From a virus: a DNA stretch of 64,000 nt. Made by a program: the position numbers and the translations under genes. Below the pieces are notes generated by a model that was not told where the DNA came from, did not search any database, and was given only the letters and a program-made list of their open reading frames with translations. The DNA is taken from the IMG/VR virus record IMGVR_UViG_3300035105_000276, positions 1 through 64,000 of that record. One strand, written 5' to 3'. The number at the start of each line of letters is the position of its first letter. The first letter of the stretch is position 1. Positions 20,469 through 29,277 of the stretch are shown piece after piece.

Positions 20469-21464
20469 ATGTTAATTGATCAGCAGACAGATAAAGGTAA
20501 AAAATCATTATACGGAATGCTTGGCACACTGGAGAATCAGGAGCTCAAGCAGAAACTGAAAAATATCACATTCGATCCCGGGTCGTTGAAAGACGCAACC
20601 CCCAAAGCATTTGCCCATCCAGGCAAACGAATGTTTCCGGTTAACACCCCTGAAAACACCCTGCTGAGCAAGGCGTATTTCGACGGGCAGGCCCAGGCCC
20701 TGGACCCCACGGAAGCCAAAACTATCGGGGATAATATTGATAAGCATCTGAGCCTGCACAACCTTCCCGGGGATCAGTTCATTTACAAACAGGCAGCCGA
20801 CAACTCCACAGATAAACCCGTTGTGTTGAAAGAGCCGGCATACATGCTGCCTGAGTTCGCTTTTTGCAAGGTGGCGTCAGCTTCCGATCTGAACACAGCC
20901 CGTAAGCTGTTCCATAAGAGCAACAGTCGGCTGCAGCTGGCAGATCGGGTGGAGTTTTCCAAGAATTTCATCAAAGTGGCCAAAGAGCTGAAGCAGCCGA
21001 TTCGGTCCGAAGAGATTATGAAGTATGCGGGTACGCTTGATTTTGATCCTGTGCACACCCAGTGTGCTCTGGAACTGCGTAGCGGTCTGGCCAGACGGAA
21101 GGGTAAAAGCTCTGCCAAGTTCAGGAAACTGGCCAGCGCTTTAAAAGATTTCTCCGGGAATCCTTCCAGGGATGAACTGGTGAAACTTGCCCATGTGGTC
21201 ACCGGCTTGGATGAGGATGCCGGCATCTCCGAAAAAGATTACAATGATTTTATTGAATCTCCTTTTGGCGTGGTATTTACCAAGGTGGCATCTGAGGCTT
21301 CGGAAGCCATGGAGACGCAAGGTAAAGACCTGGATAAGCTGTCCAAAGCTGAGATTGTTGGCCAGTTCGGAGACTCTGTTCTGGATATTGTGGAGAACCC
21401 GGACGGCTCAATTGACTATGACGCTCTTAAAAATGTGGACCGTCTGGCCAAAGGGTTGAGTTAA
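20469..21464 (+). CDS. Hypothetical head/packaging-operon protein
   Basis: First ORF of the + strand cassette that ends in the terminase. Confidence 0.6.
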   Translation: MLIDQQTDKGKKSLYGMLGTLENQELKQKLKNITFDPGSLKDATPKAFAHPGKRMFPVNTPENTLLSKAYFDGQAQALDPTEAKTIGDNIDKHLSLHNLPGDQFIYKQAADNSTDKPVVLKEPAYMLPEFAFCKVASASDLNTARKLFHKSNSRLQLADRVEFSKNFIKVAKELKQPIRSEEIMKYAGTLDFDPVHTQCALELRSGLARRKGKSSAKFRKLASALKDFSGNPSRDELVKLAHVVTGLDEDAGISEKDYNDFIESPFGVVFTKVASEASEAMETQGKDLDKLSKAEIVGQFGDSVLDIVENPDGSIDYDALKNVDRLAKGLS

Positions 21465-21465
21465 C

Positions 21466-22149
21466 ATGCAGACTCCTCAGCAATTTACTGACGAATTCAT
21501 TTTAGCCACTGAGCCTGTCCAGCTTTTTCGTGAGCTGGATAAGGCTTTGGCCGGGGCGCACTCAGATCCTGACAGCAACTGGCTGGCCTGGGACACTGAG
21601 TCTATTCTGCTGACCCTGGATAGGGATCGTACCCTTATAACAGAAAACACGGCAATTGATAAAATTATGGCGGTGAAAAGTGCCGCTTTCAATATGAATG
21701 TGCCCTGCACCCATGCACTGGCCTTTGAAAAAGTGGTGCTGGCATTCTGTAATAATGAATGCGTAATGGATGCGGTGCAGCCGCCTTTTGTGGAAGAGAT
21801 ATTTTACACAGTGTATCGGTTGAAGGTGCTGGCCAAAGAGGTTCATGGTAAAGAAACCAAACTGGATTTCAGAGGAGAGATTCCCGGGTATGTGGCGGCC
21901 ACGGCCAAGCACCGTAATGTGCTGGTGCTGCCCAAGCCTTTGGATTTTGCCCAGGACCTGCTGACTTTCCTGACCGGGTATGCTCCAAACTCTGATGAGC
22001 TTTCTCTGATTGAGCAGGTGCATGAGCTTGCCAGGGAGAACCCTGCCGGATTGAAAGACCATGAAACATTGTCCAGGCTGTCTCCCATCGATGATAAAAA
22101 TGTGGTGGATGTTCTTCGCTGCTATCTGTACTACCCGTACCTGTACTGA
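21466..22149 (+). CDS. Hypothetical protein
   Basis: 227-aa ORF coupled upstream of the terminase. Confidence 0.6.
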   Translation: MQTPQQFTDEFILATEPVQLFRELDKALAGAHSDPDSNWLAWDTESILLTLDRDRTLITENTAIDKIMAVKSAAFNMNVPCTHALAFEKVVLAFCNNECVMDAVQPPFVEEIFYTVYRLKVLAKEVHGKETKLDFRGEIPGYVAATAKHRNVLVLPKPLDFAQDLLTFLTGYAPNSDELSLIEQVHELARENPAGLKDHETLSRLSPIDDKNVVDVLRCYLYYPYLY

Positions 22150-22158
22150 TTCTGATAC

Positions 22159-23730
22159 ATGAAAACCCTTGAACTTTTAGACCTTCGTAAGGCAGATGTG
22201 GCCCAGAAAATTCTGGTGCTGGAGGGTACCCCCTACTCTTTAAAAGAGTACCCGATGTTCGTGGATATTTTCAACTCGGGGGCGGACCGCAGACTTTTAA
22301 AAGCCGGCCGCCAGGTGTCAAAGACCATTACCTTTGCTGCGGACATTACCTGCACTGCTGTTTTAAATCCGTACTACCCTATTTTGTATGCCAATGCCAG
22401 TGCAGCCCAGACCACTGGATTTTCCACATCCAAGCTGGATCCTTTTCTGGCCCACAGCCCTGTGGTTTCCAGAAGCCTGATGCGTTCTAAAAATGTTATC
22501 AACAATGTGTATAATAAACGGTTTGATAACTTTGCGGAGGTACGGCTGTCATACTTTTCTGAGTCTGCAGACAGAATACGGGGTAACACTGGGTTCAGTC
22601 TGTACGTGGATGAGGCCCAGGATATGCTTTACGATGCCATCATCGATGCAGAGGAGTGCCTGTCTGCAGCCCCTCGGCCTAAGTTCATGTATGCCGGTAC
22701 TTCCAAAAGCATGATCACGCCTCTGGAATTTTTCTGGGGTATGTCCACCCGCAAAGAGTGGCTGATTCAGTGTACCGGGTGTAAAAAGTATAATATCCCA
22801 TCTTTAAAGAATGTGGGGGCCAAAGGGCTTATCTGCAAAAAATGTGGCAAGCCCTTGAACACCTATGATGGGTTCTGGCAGAGTTTCGGGGCCCACGACT
22901 CGGAGTACGATGGGTATAGAATACCCCAGATTATTTTACCCCTTCATTGTACGAATCCGGAAAAATGGCAGACCCTATTAAAAAAGATAGCTAAATACCC
23001 GGACTATAAAACAAAGAATGAAATTATGGGGGACCCCCTGGGCGAAGGGGAGCAGCTGATTAATGAAACGCTGCTTAAAACCATGGCCAGAGACATTGCC
23101 ATGGCTGAAAACAGAAGCAGCCTTCTATGCAGGAACTCTAATTTTCTGGTGGCAGGTATTGACTGGGGCGGAGGTGGGATGACTGGTACCAGCCGCACGG
23201 TGCTGAGTATATACTCCCCCAATAAAGATGGCAGCGAAACTACCAAAGTGTTTGGTAAAATATATGACAGCGGAGAGCCTACCAAACACCTGGAAGATAT
23301 GGTGTTCTGGCTCAGAAAGTTCCAGGTACAGACAATTTATGCAGATCATGGGGGCGGAAACTTCGCCATCAGCCAGCTGGCTTCCATGATGCCGGATGTT
23401 CAGATAGTACCGATTATGTATACAGACCAGGCAGTGCCAATGAAGTGGGATGAAAAAGCCCGCAGGTTCACTGTGAATCGGACAGCCATGATCGATGCAT
23501 TTATAATGGACATAAAAAAAGGACGAGTGAAAACCTTTCAGTGGTCCCAGTTCAAACCATTTGCTAAGGATTTCCTAGCAGTTAAAGAAGAAATAATCGG
23601 AGAGGACAGGGGAGTCGGAAAACGTGTCTGGCGTCGATTCCCGAGCTCCCCCGATGATTCCCTCCACTCTATGCTTTACGGCTGGCTGGCTTCCCGTGTT
23701 CTGTGGGGGGATACCCAGTTCACCGTATAG
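22159..23730 (+). CDS. Terminase large subunit (GpA-like, with Zn ribbon)
   Basis: Walker A 'KAGRQVSKT', Walker B 'LYVDEAQD', CxxC..CxxC, nuclease 'VAGIDWG' and 'PDDSLHS'. Confidence 0.88.
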   Translation: MKTLELLDLRKADVAQKILVLEGTPYSLKEYPMFVDIFNSGADRRLLKAGRQVSKTITFAADITCTAVLNPYYPILYANASAAQTTGFSTSKLDPFLAHSPVVSRSLMRSKNVINNVYNKRFDNFAEVRLSYFSESADRIRGNTGFSLYVDEAQDMLYDAIIDAEECLSAAPRPKFMYAGTSKSMITPLEFFWGMSTRKEWLIQCTGCKKYNIPSLKNVGAKGLICKKCGKPLNTYDGFWQSFGAHDSEYDGYRIPQIILPLHCTNPEKWQTLLKKIAKYPDYKTKNEIMGDPLGEGEQLINETLLKTMARDIAMAENRSSLLCRNSNFLVAGIDWGGGGMTGTSRTVLSIYSPNKDGSETTKVFGKIYDSGEPTKHLEDMVFWLRKFQVQTIYADHGGGNFAISQLASMMPDVQIVPIMYTDQAVPMKWDEKARRFTVNRTAMIDAFIMDIKKGRVKTFQWSQFKPFAKDFLAVKEEIIGEDRGVGKRVWRRFPSSPDDSLHSMLYGWLASRVLWGDTQFTV

Positions 23731-24600
23731 CACTCTTTCCTGCTTCACTGTATTAACTGAAGGACCTGGGGGTATCAGTTCGTTTGGTACCGGGTATCGA
23801 AAAATCCCATTTTTCGAATACCGGGGCCAAAGAACTGAGTACCCTGGGGTCCAAGAGGAGAATGCGGGGACTTTACCCCGCTACTCTTAAACAAGTGCTA
23901 AAGCAGTTGCATCTTTCATTTTTCAATCTCAGTTCACTGTCTTAGCCGCCAGGCGGCGCAGCCGGCACCTCCTGGGTGCATGCGAGAGTGCCACAGGCAC
24001 GACGCGGTGCAACCCAGGGAGGAAGCAGTTAAAAATGAAGGTGTTTCACCTTCGGTGAATATTATTTTTAGCTAAACTGAGTTTTTCCGGAAAACACTGA
24101 CCTTTCCTAGGGAGGCACGAGCGCATCAAATTAATCTTTTGCTGCGGGGGATCCGGATAAGCTCTCCGAGAGCGTTCCGGATAACCGGCGCAAAAATTAA
24201 TTTGATGGAGCTGTGCAATGTTAGAGTGCGGGGGCTTTGCCCCGCTTGACAATTGCAACGTATCGTCTGTTTTCCTAAAATTTTTTTCAAAGCATACTGT
24301 GTGCGTGAGTCCTGGAAGGCCCCTTCCAGGGACGAGTGCATACATGATGGGTGTGCAGCCGTTTCGGCTGCCCCTTCGTTCAGAGCTGCTATGCTTTGTG
24401 CTGGTCTTTTTTCATTTTTGCTCATTAACCTGAGGTTCCCCAGATTCGCGGATCCGCCCCTCTCTAGTAGGCGGCCCGCGCGTGCCGGCCAAGGATGGCG
24501 CAAGACAGACTGGCCGGCACGTTAAAAAGTGAGATGGGAAATTTTCTTTCCCAGTTTTTAAAAAACTTTTTCCAAAAATGACGCATCGGCTTTTCTGCCA
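23730..24600. ncRNA. Large structured non-coding region, two parallel units
   Basis: More than 10 hairpins, including long imperfect ones at 23762-23852 and 24115-24216, each followed after exactly 11 nt by GCGGGG-(A/G)CTTT(A/G)-CCCCGC; no credible ORF. Confidence 0.75.
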
Positions 24601-24616
24601 ACGCTATGGTAACCTA

Positions 24617-24832
24617 CTAGGTAATAGAGGTGATCTTATCCAGGTGAACCAGAGCGGGAACTTTTTTGAATCGGTTTAACACACGAATGTACTTTCCGGT
24701 TCTTTCCAAAAGTACCCCGGATATTACAGCCCCGTTATCAAGGTATACCCTGACCTGAGACCCTACGTAATAATCCGCAAGTTCATAACCTGATGTAATC
24801 TCCTCCAACTTCAACGAATTTCCTTCTGTCAT
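24617..24832 (-). CDS. Sm/LSm/Hfq-fold small protein
   Basis: Sm1-like 'VRVYLDNGAVISGVL' and Sm2-like 'LVHLDKITSI' (compare Hfq VSIYLVNGIKLQGQI...MVYKHAISTV). Confidence 0.6.
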   Translation of the reverse strand: MTEGNSLKLEEITSGYELADYYVGSQVRVYLDNGAVISGVLLERTGKYIRVLNRFKKVPALVHLDKITSIT

Positions 24833-24882
24833 TCATATTACCTAAACAGTCACCTGACAAAACCTTTTAACAAATAACCCCA

Positions 24883-26193
24883 TTATTTTTGAAACAGCTC
24901 CACTTCTTCCACCCGTTTATCCTCATGTTTCTTTGAAAAACGGGGAAATTGAAACTTGCCTGTGGGAAACCGCTGGTCAAATTCAATTTCAATCACGCAC
25001 GGGAACTCCCAGTTTTCAATATCACAGTCCCCGTTTTTCCAGTCCAGGCCGGACCCCACTGTACCCAATGAAACCAAATTACCTTGAGAATCGTACTGAC
25101 CAATTTTCAGAGAACCGATCTTTCCTTGTAACCGGCCCTTACCCTCTTCGTACCCGTAGGCAATCACATCCATTTCCAAAGGCACCTTCACCTTCCAGGC
25201 CGCCCGGCGCTTGGGCTTGCCATTCATGGTAACTTCCATAGCCTGGGTTTTGTCCCATACCACAAACCCTTCTATTAATTTTTTATTCTTTTCCAGAAGG
25301 GCTTTTAACCCACTGGCAGAGGCGTACTCTGCTGCAGCACTCGCCAGGGTGGGTATGGAAAATACAGGAAATCCCTGGGCAACAGGCATACAGTATTTCT
25401 GCACCATATCCAGTACCTGTTCGTATTTTTCTTGCCATACCGGTATTCCATCCAGGTACAGCACTCCGAATACCCCGGCCCGTACAGGATACTGTTCCTG
25501 ACGGCGCAAAGTTTCGGTGGTATCATCTTGAACCACCCCTGCCAGGGTATCCACCTTGGATATGCTGGACATCAAGTTGAAAGACTCCATGTGAGGCAAG
25601 CCAAGTGCCGGGTCAATCGTGAACTCAGAGATTAAAATGGTGCACGCAGGCAAACCCATCTGGTTCTCCGCATACTCTTTAATCCAGGGGTATTTTATGG
25701 TATGATCTTCCCACCTCCGGGTGTATAGTCGTACCCGCCTGTTCTCATTACACACGATGTAATGGCACAGCCCATTAAGTTTCCCGGTCACAATGGCACT
25801 GCCACTGGCCAGCAGGGTGTTCAGGCCCTCATCAGATATTTTACTGGTAGGCTTGGAGCAGCAGAACCCTGTGGGAATATTCGAAAAGTCCAACTGGTTT
25901 GCCTCAGCCTCTTTCTGTTGTAGAAAATCTTCCACGTGTTCAAGGGCAGGAATCAGAATGTACCCTTCTTTCTGTTTGCGTTCCAGCAGCCGGGTGCAAT
26001 CTGCAGCCGCAGCTTCAACGGGGGTCAGCTCATTGCTTTTCCCTTTGTTAATGTAATCATACGTGTGGTATGTTTCCTGGGTTTTCCCAAGCAGCAACCC
26101 CCATTCTCTGTGCAGGGTATCCCCCTCCAGACCCAGCGTGATAAATTTTATCCTGCCGTGGGCATTGCGTTGAATTAAATGGTATGTTCTCAT
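24883..26193 (-). CDS. ATP-dependent DNA ligase with WGR-like N-terminus
   Basis: Motif I 'KLNGL', 'YTR', 'EGFVV', 'AWKVK', 'GTVGSG', 'FPRF'. Confidence 0.88.
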   Translation of the reverse strand: MRTYHLIQRNAHGRIKFITLGLEGDTLHREWGLLLGKTQETYHTYDYINKGKSNELTPVEAAAADCTRLLERKQKEGYILIPALEHVEDFLQQKEAEANQLDFSNIPTGFCCSKPTSKISDEGLNTLLASGSAIVTGKLNGLCHYIVCNENRRVRLYTRRWEDHTIKYPWIKEYAENQMGLPACTILISEFTIDPALGLPHMESFNLMSSISKVDTLAGVVQDDTTETLRRQEQYPVRAGVFGVLYLDGIPVWQEKYEQVLDMVQKYCMPVAQGFPVFSIPTLASAAAEYASASGLKALLEKNKKLIEGFVVWDKTQAMEVTMNGKPKRRAAWKVKVPLEMDVIAYGYEEGKGRLQGKIGSLKIGQYDSQGNLVSLGTVGSGLDWKNGDCDIENWEFPCVIEIEFDQRFPTGKFQFPRFSKKHEDKRVEEVELFQK

Positions 26194-26310
26194 TCTCGTG
26201 TGTATCTCCTTTAAAATTAAATAGCCCAGAATAGAGTGGTGGGCCAGTTACTCTATAATGGGCTGTTTTCTGTTTTTGTTAATACCAGGTTGGACCAAAA
26301 AACGTGTTTT

Positions 26311-29277
26311 TTAAAACCCGGAAGCCATCCCGTAGTTGGGACCCCTGTCTACATCGTACTTCCAGGGTACCGGCAGCCATGGGAATTTTTTCACTGTGTT
26401 CTCCAAAATGGCATGGTCCAGTGCCTGTCTCACTTCTTTACCATCCAGCCCTTTTGGTAACTGAAACACCATGGAGTCATGCACGGTTAAAAGCATCCTA
26501 CCCCTTTCGTACCTGGATAAAAGCTCTGCATTCACATCCAGCATATTGGTGTTAACAATTTCCGCACTGGTGGTCTGAATTCTGGCGTTTACCGCCTGGC
26601 GGCCCACACGCCGTCCCTCTTTGGAGTTGTATGCCAGAATGGGGAAACGCCGCAGCCGGCCAGTGTACGAGTGAACAAATCCGAAGTGTTCTGCAAACTT
26701 CTGGGTACGGGCAATGTACTCTGCCACGCCAGGGTATCTGTCGAAAAACTTTTGCAGGTACAAAGCGGCTTCATCCTCGGTAATTTTAATCCGGCTGTTC
26801 TTCCACAAATTGGCCACCAGGGTCGGCGGCCCCATGCAATAAATGGTACCAAAGTTAATGGCTTTGGCCATCTGTCTCAGTTTATAGTGAGGGCTGCTTT
26901 TATCCTCCTTGTTGGCCATTATTTCATCATAGCTGTAATCACTTACAGCCGAGGCTGTCAGGCAATGCAGGTCCATGCCGTTTCTGAAGGCTTCTGTCAG
27001 TGCCTCGTCTCTGCTGTATGCACATAAAGTCCGCATCTCAGCATTGGCAATGTCCAGATCGTACAGGTCCAGATCGTAATCATCTGGGATAAAAATGCTT
27101 TTCAGATTCAACGGCAAAGGCTTCCCATGCTTATCCACCAGCCCATCCGGGTCGTCCACCCCTTTTACGTAAAACATTACGGTCTGTAATGCAGGGTTTG
27201 ACATGCTCAGCCGGAATGTGGCTGTACCGTTCAGGTTACACTGGGCATGCAGGTTCCCGTCATAGGCAGACATCTCCAGCCAGTTTTCCAGGTAGGTGCT
27301 TTTACATTTGGTGATTTTTCTGTACTGCAAAAGCAGCTTCAGCACTGGGTTCGGTTTTTCATCGTATAAATCCACCAGAACCTCTGCATCCGTGCTGGGA
27401 TCCCCAGTCTTCTCGCTTCTTTTCAGTATGGGCAGGCCCATCTCTTCGAAAAGCAGCTTGGCTATATCTGCGTTGGCGTTCGGGTTAAACTCGTACCCCA
27501 CCTCCCGCATCATCTCTGCTGCAACTTCTTCCTCTTTCACAGCCAGATAGTCACGGTACTTGCGAATCTTTTCCCGGTCCACCTTTATCCCTTTGTACTC
27601 CATCTCTGTAAGCAGGCCGGATAAAGGTAGGGTAATGTTTCTGTAGGGCCAGGTGATCGGACGCATGCAGGTAAGCTTCCGGTATAACCGGTTCTTTTCG
27701 ATGTTTTTCAGGTACTGCTCCTCCCGCAATACCTTTTCTCTATGTTTTCTCGTGATCAGCAGCGTGATAATTGCATCAATGGCTGCGTAACGAAGCATGA
27801 CATCCATGGGAATGTCCTCGAATGTAGGCTCTTCGGACAGCCTGGCATCCGGCACGAACGGTTTTACTTTTGCCAGAACAAAGTTGGGTATTTCCTCGTC
27901 CGGTAGACTGGAAAACAGTTTGGTAATCAGCTTTTCGCTGCGTTTATACAGCACAGGTGCCACATTATTTTCCAGCTGTTTTTGCGTCTGCTTTCGGTAC
28001 TCCAGCTCAATAACCCGGTTGTCGTAGGTGGAAATTATCCCATCCTCCAGCCATTTCCCTATCTGTTCCAGCCGGCCGTCTTCGCCTAAACTCTCCCAGT
28101 AAGGTACACACGCTTCCTGCAAAGCCTGCTTGTATCGGCCCTGCTGTATTTTTAATTTCTCCTTTCGTTTTTCCGCAATGCTGTTTTTAATATTGTGCAG
28201 CTCAGCCTCGTACTTGCCGGCACCCGGGAAATAATCCAGGGTAAGGGCTTTCAACCCGTAATTCCCTTTTTTATCCTCGTCCAGCAGGTGCTCACCCAGT
28301 AATGTGTCCCACGCCACTTTGGATAAATCCAACCCATAGGCGTGCCGGGTCACTTTCTCATCATACTTGGCGTTGTGTTCCACCAGGAGCACTCGTTCAT
28401 CCAGCACCTGTTCCAGTTTATCCAGAATTGATGCCCGCTGTTTCAACGTTAATTTGGCTTTTTGGTGATCTACTGGGAAAGCCAGACCAATTCGGCTGTC
28501 ACTGTCCCAGGACAATGATATGGCAATCATCCTGGCATCTTCACGCCAAGGCTGCAAAGACGTGGTCTCAGTATCAAGGGCCACCACTGTGGGTGCCCCG
28601 GCCTTAAATCTTTCAGCCACGTACTGATCCAGTTCATTGAGCTGGGCCATTATGTCTTCGTAAGTCAGAGGGTTCCGGATATCCATTTCAAGAGGATCCA
28701 TCGCCCCCTGGCACACCATAATGGCTTTGCCCAGGTCATTGAAAAACACGTTGGTCAATCCGGGGTTTTTCATCAACCGCACCGGGTGGTAGCTGGCTAC
28801 CACTGAAAACTGGTGGCCGGCTACTTCTCTGCTGTAAACCGCTCCCCGGTAAGAATCAATTCCTGCGGTGTACCCCATGGCTCTGAGAGAGTCCGCCCCC
28901 AGGAGTAAAACAACCCGGGGGCGTAATCGTTGAATCTCCCCCATTAAATACTGGGAGCACTGGTTCACGGTATCTGCGTCCACTTTCTTTTCCACATCCA
29001 GAGCACAGCATTTCACCGCGTAGGTGTACTGCACCACTGGCTGTTTACCAGGGTCTATGCCATTCATATACCGCTTGAACATTCCCCGGACAATCCCTCC
29101 GGCTTTGCTCATGAATGGACCCTTCTGGGCATCCAGCTTCAATGGGTACCCCCCTACTACCAGAATATCCACCTGTCCGGCAGGTATGGCCGGCATACGG
29201 CGAGCATTAATCAGAGAGCAGTTTGTGCATCCTGACGGTTTGGTCCTGCTGTTTCTGTTTTGGTTATTGGTTGTCAT
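26311..29277 (-). CDS. polA: Family A DNA polymerase with N-terminal family-4 UDG-like domain and 3'-5' exonuclease
   Basis: UDG-like 'CTNC..GPFMSKAG..AVKCC..ASYHP'; exonuclease 'ALDTET', 'HNAKYD'; motifs A 'DIANAEMR', B 'RQMAKAINFGTIY', C 'TVHDS'. Confidence 0.93.
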   Translation of the reverse strand: MTTNNQNRNSRTKPSGCTNCSLINARRMPAIPAGQVDILVVGGYPLKLDAQKGPFMSKAGGIVRGMFKRYMNGIDPGKQPVVQYTYAVKCCALDVEKKVDADTVNQCSQYLMGEIQRLRPRVVLLLGADSLRAMGYTAGIDSYRGAVYSREVAGHQFSVVASYHPVRLMKNPGLTNVFFNDLGKAIMVCQGAMDPLEMDIRNPLTYEDIMAQLNELDQYVAERFKAGAPTVVALDTETTSLQPWREDARMIAISLSWDSDSRIGLAFPVDHQKAKLTLKQRASILDKLEQVLDERVLLVEHNAKYDEKVTRHAYGLDLSKVAWDTLLGEHLLDEDKKGNYGLKALTLDYFPGAGKYEAELHNIKNSIAEKRKEKLKIQQGRYKQALQEACVPYWESLGEDGRLEQIGKWLEDGIISTYDNRVIELEYRKQTQKQLENNVAPVLYKRSEKLITKLFSSLPDEEIPNFVLAKVKPFVPDARLSEEPTFEDIPMDVMLRYAAIDAIITLLITRKHREKVLREEQYLKNIEKNRLYRKLTCMRPITWPYRNITLPLSGLLTEMEYKGIKVDREKIRKYRDYLAVKEEEVAAEMMREVGYEFNPNANADIAKLLFEEMGLPILKRSEKTGDPSTDAEVLVDLYDEKPNPVLKLLLQYRKITKCKSTYLENWLEMSAYDGNLHAQCNLNGTATFRLSMSNPALQTVMFYVKGVDDPDGLVDKHGKPLPLNLKSIFIPDDYDLDLYDLDIANAEMRTLCAYSRDEALTEAFRNGMDLHCLTASAVSDYSYDEIMANKEDKSSPHYKLRQMAKAINFGTIYCMGPPTLVANLWKNSRIKITEDEAALYLQKFFDRYPGVAEYIARTQKFAEHFGFVHSYTGRLRRFPILAYNSKEGRRVGRQAVNARIQTTSAEIVNTNMLDVNAELLSRYERGRMLLTVHDSMVFQLPKGLDGKEVRQALDHAILENTVKKFPWLPVPWKYDVDRGPNYGMASGF

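Noticed and set aside
23624-24525. Short ORFs (71-125 aa) across the structured region
   Set aside because: They overlap on both strands and have no convincing SD or motifs; the dense hairpins explain the sequence better.
23730-24600. tRNA cluster, tmRNA, or group I/II intron
   Set aside because: I saw no TpsiC/CCA cloverleaf, tag ORF or intron core motifs, and the flanking genes are intact. An Rfam search is still needed.
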